A DNA stretch of 64,000 bases from Octopus bimaculoides (taxonomy: Eukaryota). The notes beneath the pieces were generated by a model that searched no databases, was not told the DNA's origin, and worked only from the letters and a program-made list of their open reading frames with translations. Within the stretch, counting starts at the first letter, position 1; every line of letters starts with the position of its first letter. Of the stretch, positions 12,708 to 25,356 are shown one piece after another. The translations under genes were made by a program, and so were the position numbers. Where the stretch lies: NCBI RefSeq assembly GCF_001194135.2, contig NC_068984.1, positions 77,567,873 to 77,631,872 on the forward strand, in the 5' to 3' direction.

Positions 12708-13239
12708 GTATATAAGTATATTTCTGTATAGTAGAAAAAAGTGTATAGAAATTAGATTTCTTTTGTGTAGATTATATTGTTTTGAATGTGTTGTTACAAA
12801 GAAAGTGGTAAGCAAATAGACATAAGTTAATCTGGAAATATTGGCATAAATGATAAAGTCTATGCATGCAGACACATATGTGTGCTCACACACACATGTG
12901 TGTGTGTGTATGTATACACAGAGAAAGACAAGATAAGTGGAATGATGATGACAAGCAAAAGAATAGAATCTGAAAGTGACTAAGTATGGCATGTCATGAA
13001 GTTATTGGTGTTAACCAATATGACAAAAACAAATCCTTTGTCCCTTAATTAACACCAAAGAAACAAATGAATATAAAACTGAGACGTATAAGAACTGACT
13101 GTTTTCAAGCTTTAGGACATCGGCAGTAGAACTGTGCCAGCAAACAGGTCACAAGTGTTCACCAAAAATGTTGACACCTCATGGAATATACTGAAAGTGG
13201 ATTTAACATTTTTGTGCTTAATTACCATTTTAATTTACA

Positions 13240-13487
13240 TTGTTGGTGCTGGTGTCACATAAAAAGCACTGGTGCTGGTGCCATGTAAAAAACATTGGTG
13301 ATGCTGCTATGTACAAAGCATCCAGTACACACTGTAAAGTGGTTGGTATTAGGAAGGACATCCACCTGTAGAAACCAAACCAAAACAGATTATGGAACTT
13401 GATGTTGCCTCTGACCTTGCCAGCTCCTGTCAAGACATCCAACCCATGCTCGCATGGAAAACAGACTTTAAATGATGATGATGATGA
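13240..13487 (+). mobile_element. RTE-tail repeat (family C)
   Basis: Three short GGTGCTGGTG(T/C)CA(C/T)(A/G)TAAAAA(G)CA modules, then AAAGTGGTTGGTATTAGGAAGG...CCAACCCATGCT...AAATGATGATGAT. Confidence 0.75.
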
Positions 13488-13789
13488 TTTACCTCATGTG
13501 CAATTATTATGCTAGATCTGACAAAATCATTAGAGTATCAGGAAAAACAAGATTTGCAGTATTTGTTCTGTTGTTAACATTGATGAGAAATGGGGAGCTA
13601 AAACGAACTATAGGGTGAAAAAGATGGATACACAGGGACAGATGCATAGGGTGAGTATAGTGAATGATGAACAAAGATGGAGAAGGTGTTGAAATTGATA
13701 GTAGATATGAGAGAAAGTTATGGATAACGTCATAGGAAAATAAAGTGATAATTTACCTAGATGGATGGATCTTTTTAAGACAGCAAATC

Positions 13790-14110
13790 ACCAATCCTCT
13801 TGGTTCTCCATCTGGTTCAACGTCATATGGTTGGTTTTGCTACTTTTCCCTGCGTCTCCCCTTCCACAGATTCCAGATGCATTGCACGATGATACCAATG
13901 CAGTCTTCTCTCTTGCACAATATACTGACTCCTATTACGCTCAATTTTTCTTTCAATACATTTGCCCTTTGTCATACATGCACATGACGTTGCACATCCG
14001 GTGGAGTATGCTTGCTTTATTTCTTTCTACTCACTTTTCAGTACCATGTAGCATTGTTGGTCATCACAATTTGCCTTTCACTTGGAGAGAGAGGCTTGGA
14101 TCCATCTATT
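13790..14110 (-). mobile_element. Old RTE-clade LINE fragment (RT C-terminus)
   Basis: Frameshifted peptides VKGKL, PTMLHGTE, SILHRMCNV, VQERRLHWY. Confidence 0.7.
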
Positions 14111-14523
14111 AGAGAAGTCTTTATTTTCAACATATTTGCATGCATAGCCTGGTCATGCTACTTCATATATTAGATCTGTAATTGAGAGTGAAGCAGTATT
14201 ATTGTTTCCATGGATAAAATTTTTATCTTTATAACATTGTATCACTATGCTAGAGATTTAAATTACATCTCTGTTTTCATTCCAAAGTGTTACAATTTAG
14301 AGCTGTTTAAATCATGACACTTAAACTCATGCTCTGGAAAGCAGAATGACAATATAGATTGATAACATCATCATTATATATATATANNNNNNNNNNNNNN
14401 NNNNNNNNNNNNNNNNNNNNNNNNNNNNNNNNNNNNNNNNNNNNNNNNNNNNNNNNNNNNNNNNNNNNNNNNNNNNNNNNNNNNNNNNNNNNNNNNNNNN
14501 NNNNNNNNNNNNNNNNNNNNNNN

Positions 14524-15490
14524 CAAATCAAGTGGTCTTGGTTCATTTTGGACATTACTTTATGGCAGTTTTCAAAGAATCTTTAGTGTTATGGGCATGT
14601 TCATTGACCTCTCTCTCAACAATGCTCCACATGTAATAGTCCAATGGATTGGGATCTGAGAAATTAGGAGGCCAAATGTTAAGGCTTATGTGATCATGAT
14701 AACTTTCAGCCATATATTCCTGCATTACTTGAGCCTTGTATGATGGTGCAAAGTCTTGCTGAAACATTTATGGCCTTCCTTTGCATAGACTGTCTATCCA
14801 GGGCTTAACAGCTGTTTCCAGGACCTCATCGTAGTAGGGAGTGGGGTCAGAGTTAACTATAAGGCCTTTTGGAAAGAAGTAAAGAGGCATCATGTGTCCT
14901 CCATTGCTGACAGCCCCTAAAACCATAACAGTTGCAGGAAATTTTGTATGTATAACTCTTAGAACTTTATAGAGATCTGCACATAACCATCTGTCATTTC
15001 TTCTGTTAATTTTTTGATGTTGGTTGAAACTTTTCTCATCTAAGAAACATCAAATCTTCTGCTGTTGGAAATTTCAGTTTGTTTAAGAGCCTTTTAGATC
15101 TGACGTAGCGATCTTCTTTCGCTTTTCTGACATAAATTGACCTTTTCTCATCATACAAAGCCTGTATATCTGATGACTTCATGGACAACATTTCTGATTG
15201 TTCCTTCTGACACTTGGAAATCTTTTGCAATTGATCTCATGGAATTTTTGGGATTGTAAACAATGGACTGTTTACTTGCTGGATAAATTCAGGCGTTCTG
15301 ATGATTTCAGAGTATTTAAAATGCTTTTTATGCTTTGATACTAGTGATAAGTTTCCATCTTACAAACTTTATTGGTTAAAGATCTGATGACTTTTAAAAA
15401 TCGAAATATTTCGAAATCGTTATGCTCAGCTGTTATAGACATAAGAGCATATCTTTTCATTTCTTGAGTAATCTGAAGGTCTCCCCTTTT
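14524..15490 (-). mobile_element. DD37D (maT-type) transposase pseudogene
   Basis: QQD...WPPNFSDPNPLDYY with 37 residues between the 2nd and 3rd catalytic D; KFPATVMVLGAVS; N-terminal TQEMKRYA...SMRSIAKDFQVSEGTIRNVV (HTH-like). Confidence 0.85.
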
Positions 15491-15799
15491 TTTTTCGAAA
15501 ACATTGAATCTATAGAGTTAGCAAAAAATGCAACAATGACCAAAAATAGGTATGTCTTCAAATATCTTGTACTTGTATATAATATATATAGAATCATAAT
15601 GTTCTGTAGATTCAGAAAATGCGATTTTTTAATGTAGTATGAAAAACAAAATACTTTCACTTATAAATGACCACTTGAAATGATTATTGATTTGTTACTG
15701 GATTTCAGAAAAATTCACATATGATAAAAATGTTCATGTCTCAATATTACTATCTTCAAACCAATGGAAAGGTTTTTATTTCTTTCATATCCCTCATGA

Positions 15800-16700
15800 T
15801 AGATAAAATGCTAACACAAGAAATGAAAAGACATTGTCATTGTTGGTGTATGTGCAGAGCACATCAATTTAGAAATTGCCATCTTTCTAAATGTTGTAAG
15901 ATCTTTTGTACAAAAAGTTCAAATGAAATGGAAACCTCTGGCAGGAATGTTTCCAATGTATCAAAGAGAAAGAAATTTGGACGCAATAAGGACACCACAG
16001 TACATTCAACATATTGGAAACATTATCAATGACGATCCCAGAAAATCAATGAGAGCCATCATTAAAACACTTCAGGTGTCAGAGTGAACTGTCAGAATTG
16101 TGGTGCATATATAAATTGGTCTTTCTACAGTATTTTGCAAAGACATAGGCCAACTGTTTGATCAATACTGAGTGGTTATTTAGCAAGGGCAGAAACCCTC
16201 ACAGATATGGCTTTGGTTCTTCTCTAATAAGAAAAATTTTGACCAAGACCAAAAGTCTTAATAGAAGAAATGACAGATGGCTGCATGCAGATCCTTCTGA
16301 TGTCCCCAGCATAAGGTACACTAAGTTTCCAGCAACTGTGATAGTTTTTGGAGCGGTGGGCAACAAAGTTAATATCATACAACCTCGTATCTTTCTGCAG
16401 GGTTTCAGAATTAATGCTACTGGATACATTGAGGTGCTGGAGACAGTTGTTCCATCCTGGATGGATGAAGTATATAATGGAAGGCCTATGTGTTTCAACA
16501 AGATTGGTACTTTCTCACCAAGCCCATGTAACCCAAAAAATGGGCGTCTGACAATCTTTATAGTCATGTGACACCAAACTTGCCTGATTTAAATTCCATA
16601 GATTGCTAATTTGGAACATTGTTGAATAATTGATATCCTTCCAACACCATAACTTTACTGAAGGCCACTGTTGTCCATGTAATGTCTGAAATGTCTAAGG
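15800..16700 (+). mobile_element. Second DD37D-family transposase pseudogene, divergent to the previous one
   Basis: MLTQEMKRH...; NRRNDRWLHADPSDVP...KFPATVIVFGAVG...YIEVLETVVPSW; homologous to 14524-15490. Confidence 0.8.
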
Positions 16701-16769
16701 ACCATTTAGTGTAGTGGTTTGCAACTATTTTTGGCCTATGGACCCCTTTGATTCCTATTTTTCTTAGGT

Positions 16770-17706
16770 GGGAACATAAGAAGCATCAGTTGTGGTGTGC
16801 AAGAGAGACGAATGCCCTGGTATGGACATGTGGCAAGAACGGACAAGGATAGCTGCGTGAAAAAGTGCCAAACCCTAACAGTTGAGGGAAGAGGTAGGCC
16901 CAGGAAGACCTGGGCTGAGGTGGTGAGGCAAGACCTTTGAACATTGGGCCTCACCGAGGCGATGACTTCTGACCGAGACCTTTGGAAATATGCTGTGCGT
17001 GAGAAGACCTGGCAAGCCAAGTGAGTCCTAAATCCAAGGCCTCTGCTAGGGGTGTAGCCAGCCCACTTATGCGTACCTTTCCTTCATTGGACACTAAACT
17101 CCGCTTGCGAAGACTTTTTGAGGCAAGTGAAATTGAAATCAAACTAAATTCGACGACTGGCACCCATGCCAACATCGTCTCCTTCATNNNNNNNNNNNNN
17201 NNNNNNNNNNNNNNNNNNNNNNNNNNNNNNNNNNNNNNNNNNNNNNNNNNNNNNNNNNNNNNNNNNNNNNNNNNNNNNNNNNNNNNNNNNNNNNNNNNNN
17301 NNNNNNNNNNNNNNNNNNNNNNNNNNNNNNNNNNNNNNNNNNNNNNNNNNNNNNNNNNNNNNNNNNNNNNNNNNNNNNNNNNNNNNNNNNNNNNNNNNNN
17401 NNNNNNNNNNNNNNNNNNNNNNNNNNNNNNNNNNNNNNNNNNNNNNNNNNNNNNNNNNNNNNNNNNNNNNNNNNNNNNNNNNNNNNNNNNNNNNNNNNNN
17501 NNNNNNNNNNNNNNNNNNNNNNNGACACGTAAAAGCACCCACTACACTCTCTGAGTGGTTGGTGTTAGGAAGGGCATCCAGCTGTAGAAACTCTGCCAAA
17601 TCAGATTGGAGCCTGGTGTAGCCATCTGGTTTCACCAGTCCTCAGTCAAATCGTCCAACCCATGCTAGCATGGAAAGCGGACGTTAAACGATGATGATGA
17701 TGATGA
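16770..17706 (+). mobile_element. 5'-truncated RTE LINE with long 3' UTR and (GAT)n tail (gap inside)
   Basis: VQERRMPWYGHVARTDKDSCVKKCQTLTVEGRGRPRKTWAEVVRQDL...KTWQAK* (TGA 17022-24), followed by UTR ending GGACGTTAAACGATGATGATG. Confidence 0.9.
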
Positions 17707-17974
17707 TATTATTAGGAATTGTATAAAAAAATTTTTTAAATACTTTGTGTTTGTAGAAGTATAACCGATTTATTGCTCATAAACTTTAGCAACAAAATCT
17801 TTTATGGACCCCCACTGATTTAGTGCATGCATGTCAGCAATTCTAGTCCCACACTGAAGTAGTCATTGTAGCTGAAGGCAGATTTGCAGAACAATTTAGG
17901 AAAGCTTACCAAGACCAAATGCACACATTCTTATTAAAATACATTTAGCCTTTGGTAGATTAGTTGTTTTATTA

Positions 17975-18200
17975 AAGCATGGTTGATGCCAGTACCACCT
18001 GACTGACCCTCATGCCGGTGGCACATAAAAAGCACCCACTACACTCTTGGAGTGGTTGGCATTAGGAAGGGCATCCAGCTGTAGAAACTTTTCCAGATCA
18101 GATTGGAGCATGGTGCAGCCTTCTGGTTTGCCAGCCCTCAATCAAACCATCCAACTTATGCCAGCATGGAAAGCGGACGTTAAACGACAATGATGATGAT
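17975..18200 (+). mobile_element. RTE-tail repeat (family C)
   Basis: GCCAGTACCACCTGACTG...TGCCGGTGGCACATAAAAAGCACCC...GGACGTTAAACGACAATGATGATG. Confidence 0.85.
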
Positions 18201-18325
18201 GTCTTCGCACATCTCTTGCAACCTGTTCTTTATGCATTATTGTGTGTATTTTTTTGTAACAGCTTCTTTTGTTTTTTCACGTTGTTACCATATTCCCACC
18301 ATTTAACTTGCAGGAACTGCCTATT

Positions 18326-18490
18326 TTAACCCTTTCATAACTATATTTCTCACTAAAGTACAACCTTAATGTGTTTCATTTAATTCCTAATCATAAATTT
18401 AAACTGATTTCATTAAACATCTATAACTTTTTATTTCTCTGCTTGTGGTTTTTAGAACACAACTTTAAAGGTTCTTAAATCAATCAATTA
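18326..18490 (+). mobile_element. piggyBac-type element end, third copy
   Basis: TTAACCCTTTCATAACTATATTTCT; homologous to the 5634 and 7007 copies. Confidence 0.45.
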
Positions 18491-18896
18491 TATATTTTTT
18501 TCTCAGAGCAAATCTAGTTGTAGATAAATACAGGCTAATTTAGCGAAATGTAAAGTTCTTCAATTTTCTTTTAAAAAAAAACACCTCTGTAGAAAGTGAG
18601 CTACTATCTAATATTTAGTTATATTTACCTAATAAAAGAATATAAAATTTGATGCAAAAGTATTGCATACATTGAATTTTCAGTTGAAGTAAAATGCATA
18701 CAAAACAATAAAGATAAAAATAAAATATATTGGAATCTCTGTTTGTAGAAAACTACAAAATGAAATAAATTCACATACATTGCGAAATGAAATATTCACG
18801 TAGATTTATAAATACACACAAACACAATAATTCACAAATGAATTAATCAAAAGTTGTCACTCACCTTACAAGTAAATTGAAATTACAGATAAATAA

Positions 18897-19194
18897 AATG
18901 TGACTGGGTGGTGAGAATTTTGCTTCCCAACCACATTGTTCTGGGCTCAGTCCCACTGTGTGGCACCTGGGGCAAGTGTCTTCTCCTATAGACTTGGGCC
19001 GACCAAAGTTTTGTGAGTGGATTTGGTTGGCAGAAACTGAAAGAAGCCCATCGTATGTGTGTCTTTCTGTTGTGTTTTGTCCACCACAACCACTTGAAAA
19101 CCAGTGTTTGTATGTTTACATCCCCACAACTAAACAGTTCTGCAAAAGAGACCAATAAAATATGCAGCAGACTTAAAAATAAATACTGGGAGCA

Positions 19195-19246
<52 letters not shown>

Positions 19247-19870
19247 GTTTAACGTCCNNNNNNNNNNNNNNNNNNNNNNNNNNNNNNNNNNNNNNNNNNN
19301 NNNNNNNNNNNNNNNNNNNNNNNNNNNNNNNNNNNNNNNNNNNNNNNNNNNNNNNNNNNNNNNNNNNNNNNNNNNNNNNNNNNNNNNNNNNNNNNNNNNN
19401 NNNNNNNNNNNNNNNNNNNNNNNNNNNNNNNNNNNNNNNNNNNNNNNNNNNNNNNNNNNNNNNNNNNNNNNNNNNNNNNNNNNNNACTCAGAGTGTAGTG
19501 GGTGCTTTTACGTGTCACCCGCACGAAAACGGCCACGTTCGAAATGGTGTCTTTTATGTGCCACCCGCACAAGCCAGTCCAGGGGCACTGGCAACGATCT
19601 TGCTCGAAAATCCTACGGGAGCCAGTCAGGAGGTACTGGCAACGGCCACGCTCAAAATGGTGCATCTCATGTGCCACCCGCACAAGAGCCAGTCCAGGGG
19701 CACTGGCAACGATCTTACTTGGCTTGCCGGGTCTTCTCACGCACAGCACATTTCCAAAGGTCTCGGTCAGTAGTCATCGCCTCGGTGAGGCCCAGTTCAA
19801 CTAAAATTCCAAGATGCTGCTCCAGCATGGCCACAGTTTAATGACTGAAACCAGTAAAAGAATAAATATA
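18897..19870 (+). mobile_element. Family B SINE interrupted by an antisense RTE insertion
   Basis: SINE head and body 18897-19199; tail resumes at 19793 (...GCTCCAGCATGGCCACAG...GACTGAAACCAGTAAAAGAATAAA). Confidence 0.8.
19200..19792 (-). mobile_element. 5'-truncated RTE LINE with modular 3' UTR and 7-bp TSD
   Basis: Reverse complement encodes GLTEAMTTDRDLWKCAVREKTRQAK*; (GAT)n tail at 19200-19246; CAGTTCA flanks both ends (19193-99, 19793-99). Confidence 0.9.
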
Positions 19871-21029
19871 ATTAGGTAAATTTGGAGGACTTATTTTATA
19901 AAAATCAAATTGGATCTATACGATATACCAAATCAGGAAGTTGAGGCTCAAATGATAAGATCTATAGAATCTATATTCAGAGTGGAACTAATCTAATAAT
20001 TTCTTACCATGACCTCAACAGTTCTTATTATTATTATTTATGCATATATGTGTATATAGATATTGTTGTACATATTACTATGTAAATGTGTGTATATTTA
20101 TGTTAGAGTTCCCAAGTAGGTAGTTTCAAGGTATCATCAATTAATAAAATGAATATCTACCTTATAGATCATTTCATTTTCTTTGTTTCATTTTCTTCTG
20201 CTTAGGGGTCATACCAACTGTGTAATTTATTGAAGCTGTTTATCACATTTTTGGAATGAAACTAGGTTTATTCTAAATATCATTCAGTGTACCAATGTTT
20301 ATTTAATCATCATTAGATATACAACATAATAAGTATTTAATATTTTTTTTTATTTCCATAAAAAACACTTTACTAATTTTTATTGGACAAGTAGGTAAGA
20401 ATATTCTCACGAAGTGTGTAGGTCTTTGGAAAATTGTGTAGATTCTTTGAAGTAATTGTTTTTCCAATGGTGAGTCATATTTCTTTGCTGATTATTTAAA
20501 AATATGCAGTTCCTTTGATATCTATGTCTGACAATTTATACGCAACAGAGAATTTTCTTTTAATAATAGCCCAAGACATCTAAGAATAAAGGCCTTATTA
20601 GATTTCTTTACATCTTTATATAGTTTTCTTTTTTCTTTATTGGATCCAAGCAAAATTTTTTCGTTTGAGACATTTTGTAAGAAGTTAAGTACTGTGAAAT
20701 AGACAATAGTTTTTCATTGTATCATTGCAAAATAAATATGACAGTACAAAATAGTGTGGAGTGGGGGGACATGGGAAATCACATGAAAATCTGTGAAGAC
20801 ATTGTTCCAAAAAAGTTAAACAAAACAATGTATGAACAAAAACCAAATATATATATTGTGATAATGTATACAGTACATAGGTATATATCTGTAGAAGTCT
20901 TTTTATATACTATCCATCTGGTTGTCTGATGACAAAAACATGAGATAAGGTGGAATTAGATGTTTATAGTACAAAGAATACTAAAAGTGGATATTACTAA
21001 AATCTCATGTTGTGGGCTCTCCTGTGGTA

Positions 21030-21308
21030 CATAACGGATGGGGATTCTACATTTTGCTGCTGAACAACCTGTACTGATGCTTTGTTCATAGTGATCAAAT
21101 GTTTTTGTAGTGTACATTGAGTTCACTCCCTCCATCGAATCAATGTTGCTTTTACGGGTGCATGATATATGCCATACGCCAGATCTCAAAGTGATCACTG
21201 AGTAATGTGAGATGAAGTGATTGCTCAAGAAAACAATGCAGCACCCAGTCCAGGAACTGAAACCATGATCTCGCCGTTGTGAGTGCAACACCCTAACTAC
21301 TAGGCCAC
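21030..21308 (-). mobile_element. Degenerate tRNA-derived SINE with CORE-like segment (family F)
   Basis: Reverse-complement head GTGGCCTAGTAGTTAGGGTG...GGTTTCAGTTCCTGG, then TTCTTGAGCAA; related to 52122-52388. Confidence 0.6.
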
Positions 21309-21998
21309 AAAATCATATGTGATGTCCTAGATACAAACATTTTTTTAAATGGTTAATTACACTTAAGAAATTATAGGGGAACATTTTTGTCGATATCAAA
21401 TTTTTCTGAAATCCAGTGTCCTAGATGTCAAATGATCACTTCAAATATTCATTTATTAATAAAATAAATTTTGTTTTCCATCCTACTCCAAAAACAATGG
21501 CAATTTTCAAATCTTCAGATCATTCTGATTCCAAATATACACATATACTTCTTTTTATTAAGCTAGGGTCACAGAAAAATTTATGACATTTTGAAAAATG
21601 CCAGGTCACCACTTGATCTGAAAATAACATCACTTGTAATTTTACAACTGTTTGGTTGGATTTAGCTGAAAAACTTGTTTATCATGTTTTAGCTTTATTT
21701 TCTCCTAAATCTATCCCTTATGCCAAATTTCAACAAATTTGAAAACGTAATTGTGTTTAGCCATTGAGTGACTTTCGGAATCACAGTTTTGCTGCTTCTC
21801 TATCTCTCATTTTTTTTCCTATTTTTACTAATATGTCTGTTACCTTCTGTGTAGATATTTTCATTTTGTAATTTCACTTAGCATATGGGGAACGTGACAG
21901 AGAGGTGTGTTCCACACACTGTTTTCTTATGTCACTGGGGACTTATATGTATTTGAAACTCAGGCTTCTATCCTTTGCTATTCTGAGTTTTCAAACTT

Positions 21999-22068
<70 letters not shown>

Positions 22069-22089
22069 TTATTCTTTAACAAAAATAGT

Positions 22090-22322
22090 ATCATATTGGT
22101 GGCATGTAAAAAGCACTGTTCTAGCATGATCGTGGTTGTGGCAGATGCTGGCACCTGTGCCATTGACACATAAAAGGCACCCACTGCACTCTTGGAGGAA
22201 GGCTATCCAGTTGTTGAAGCCTTGCCAAATCAGATTGGAACCTGGTGCAGCTCCCCAGCTTCAGTCAAACTGTCCAAACTCATGCCAGCTGGGAAAGTGG
22301 ACGTTAAACAATGATGATGATA
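22090..22322 (+). mobile_element. RTE-tail repeat (family C)
   Basis: GGTGGCATGTAAAAAGCAC...GCCAAATCAGATTGGAACCTGG...GGACGTTAAACAATGATGATG. Confidence 0.8.
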
Positions 22323-22330
22323 TTTATTTA

Positions 22331-22373
<43 letters not shown>

Positions 22374-22824
22374 ATACATATATAGATATAGATATATATG
22401 TGTGTGTGTGTGCGACAAGGAGAAAAATTTTGATATCTAGTAACTTTAAGTTATGCTTCTATAAATCTATATGTGTCTGTGAGGAGAGATAATACATGAA
22501 ATATCAGTCCTCAGTGGTAATAATATTCATTGTAGGTTGCTTGGTCATGCTAATAATATAAATGCTATTTTATATATGGAATTAACATGTTATCTATGTA
22601 ATAGATTGTGAAGTAACATTATTGTTATTGATAATATATTTATTACATATTTATTGCAAATATACAAATAAGAAATTTGTTTTTGAAAAATTAGTATGTT
22701 TCATTATTTTGAGTAAGCACAATGAAATTTGAAAATTATAATTATTTGATCAATATAACATTACTAGTCAGCAAACTTCACCAATTACATCTTTGAGGTT
22801 TAGCATGTACATTATGTATGTATC

Positions 22825-23211
22825 GTGGAGGTGCAATGGCCCAGTGGTTAGGGCAGCGGACTCGTGGTCATAGAATCGCGGTTTCAATTCCCAGACCGGT
22901 CGTTGTGAGTGTTTATTGAGTGAAAACACCTAAAAGCTCCACGAGGTTCCGGCAGGGGATGGTGGCGAACCCTGCCGTACTCTTTCACCACAACTTTCTC
23001 TCACTTTTACTTCCTGTTTCTGTTGTGCTTGTAATTCAAAGGGCCAGCCTTGTCACACTGTGTCACGCTGAATATCCCCGAGAACTACATTAAGGGTACA
23101 CGTGTCTGTGGAGTGCTCGGCCACTTGCACGTTAATTTCACGAGCAGGCTGTTCCGTTGATCGGATCAACTGGAACCCTCGACATAGTTAGCTACGGAGT
23201 GCCAACAACAA
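22825..23211 (+). mobile_element. Young full-length tRNA-derived SINE (family D) with 12-bp TSD
   Basis: A box TGGCCCAGTGG, B box GGTTTCAATTCCC, (AAC)n tail; TSD TATGTATGTATC (22813-24) / TATGTATGTGTC (23212-23); CpGs retained. Confidence 0.85.
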
Positions 23212-25356
23212 TATGTATGTGTCTCTGGTATAATTGTACTGTCATTTATGATGTTCATGTTTGTTTGCATTCTTTACACCTAATTTTTTGTGTGTATGTT
23301 TGTGCACATCTGTCATGTCTCTAATAACCTCAACTTTATTATCTTACATTACAAATGAAGTGAGGTGATAAGAGTAAATGACTAAGGGGAATAATTCTTG
23401 CACTAATTTTATTTGCTGAATAAATTTTCTTCATGAAATTTTACTAATTGAAACAAGCGATGATAATAGTTGACAGAAAATTGTTGGTGTACAAAAACAA
23501 AACTCTTTACAGTATTTAGTTATGTACTCTTACATTACATCAGATTTTAAATTGTTTTAATGTTGACGTAGTCTTCTTCTTAGTGGGTCCAGTGGTATAC
23601 ATAATAATTATAAGTTTGTGTACAGTGCACAGTAGTAATATGCTGGAGTCTGTTGAATATATTATTCTCCCAACTCAAATTATTTGGGCTTTATTCCTAT
23701 GTTAGAAATCATTATTGTTAAAGTGAAAATCTTTTTCCCCCCATGTATTCAATTTTAGTATTTTTAAAAGTGAAGATTATGTGGATCAAATGCCACAAAA
23801 ATATAAAAGTCATGCATTTTAAAGCTATAATAAATACATAAAATTGACTATATCTTGCTTTTTAGAATAGGTACACCATATCCCTATATTTTCCTCATCA
23901 TATTTACAAGTAAACTTTTTTAGAATCATATATTATGTTTTGGTGTAAAATACTTTGAAAATAAATCATAAAAATTCCATAACACATTTTTTGATTTTAA
24001 TAGCAAACTTTACAGTACTCTTTTATATGTGAGAGTGCATAACTTCACCTTAAAATAAACAGAAATAAGAGCATTGTGATGTGAGCAGTTTAAAGTGTTA
24101 TAAGACTGACAAATACATGTTGTTAGGTTGGTGCTTGTCATATGCTATTTTGAGCATTAAAGTATTCAGTCTAGTTCAGTTCAGTTCTCCAAGTGAATAA
24201 ATTTTGAGGAAGTTGGGAGCAGAGTGGCCAGTCTCTGTCAGAAATGGAAACAGAGGAATTTGGGCCTAAAAGATTATGTAGAAATGGCTAGCATCTACTT
24301 CACGTTTCTGGAAACATCTGACTGAATTGAAGCATATGTCTTTTCATTTTTTGTAGAAAGAGTAAGTTTAACTGATCAGGAATCCTTCTGTTGTCAGCAT
24401 TTATTCCAGTGGATCTTGGAATTCCATAACTGATAATGCATGAAGGTTGCAACATTTACAGAAATGCCTGAGTGGCAACTGTGCCTAGACGTGGCCATTG
24501 TTTGGGAGATATGCTATTTCCATATCTTGTTTTTTGGGCCAAACTGTATTCTTAGGTTAAGTGCAAACTGGGGATGGACATTTGGCATCAGGAGTATTGT
24601 CAGGTGTTCACTGGACTGAAGTAAGCTGACCCACCCTCTAGTGCAACACTCAGTCGGTGTCTCTCTGTTTTTGAGTTGTGATATGTCTAACAGCTGATAT
24701 CATTCGTTGGGCAGATTCAGCTATCAGCTCAGTCTACTGTGAAAATCAATCCAGTGTCATCATGTGGCAGAGAAGAGCCAATTGTCTTCCTCTACCTGAT
24801 AAGATTGTCTAGAGGACATACTCAAAAGGTTTGTAAACAGTTTTTCCTTTCAGACCAACTCCCTACAACTATTTGAAAAAGAAAGTGAGGGTAGCAAGTC
24901 AAGTGTTACTCTCTAGTAAATATTTTGAAAGGTGTGTAAGAGTACCTGAATTACTGTGACTAAATGGATCTACAATTTAATTATATGGCTGTAGGTTGGA
25001 AAAGATACTTGCCTTTGTGTCAGGGTAATTCAAATCTGTATGATTATCCCCAATCAAGTTGACTCTAATTTTGCCATTTTGGGTATATTTGTTATTTTGT
25101 TCTTTATCATTTATTTATTAATGTCTCTTTATTGGTGTTCTCAACTTTTTACCTGATGTAAATCCCTGAAGTTTTTACATTTTGTTCTTGTTCTGTCTTC
25201 AACATCCTCACTCCATGTACCCATATACAGAATCATTATTGTTATTAGGCACTGAAAATCTTTCTCCTAATTATCTGCGGTTTCATCCTTAATAATCAAT
25301 TACATCATCATTACCATTAATGGCAATTATCTATTTTTATTTTCAGGAAACTTGAA

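Noticed and set aside
24180-24850. Higher-GC stretch upstream of the giant exon
   Set aside because: No open frame or motif I could assign; probably a very old TE fragment.
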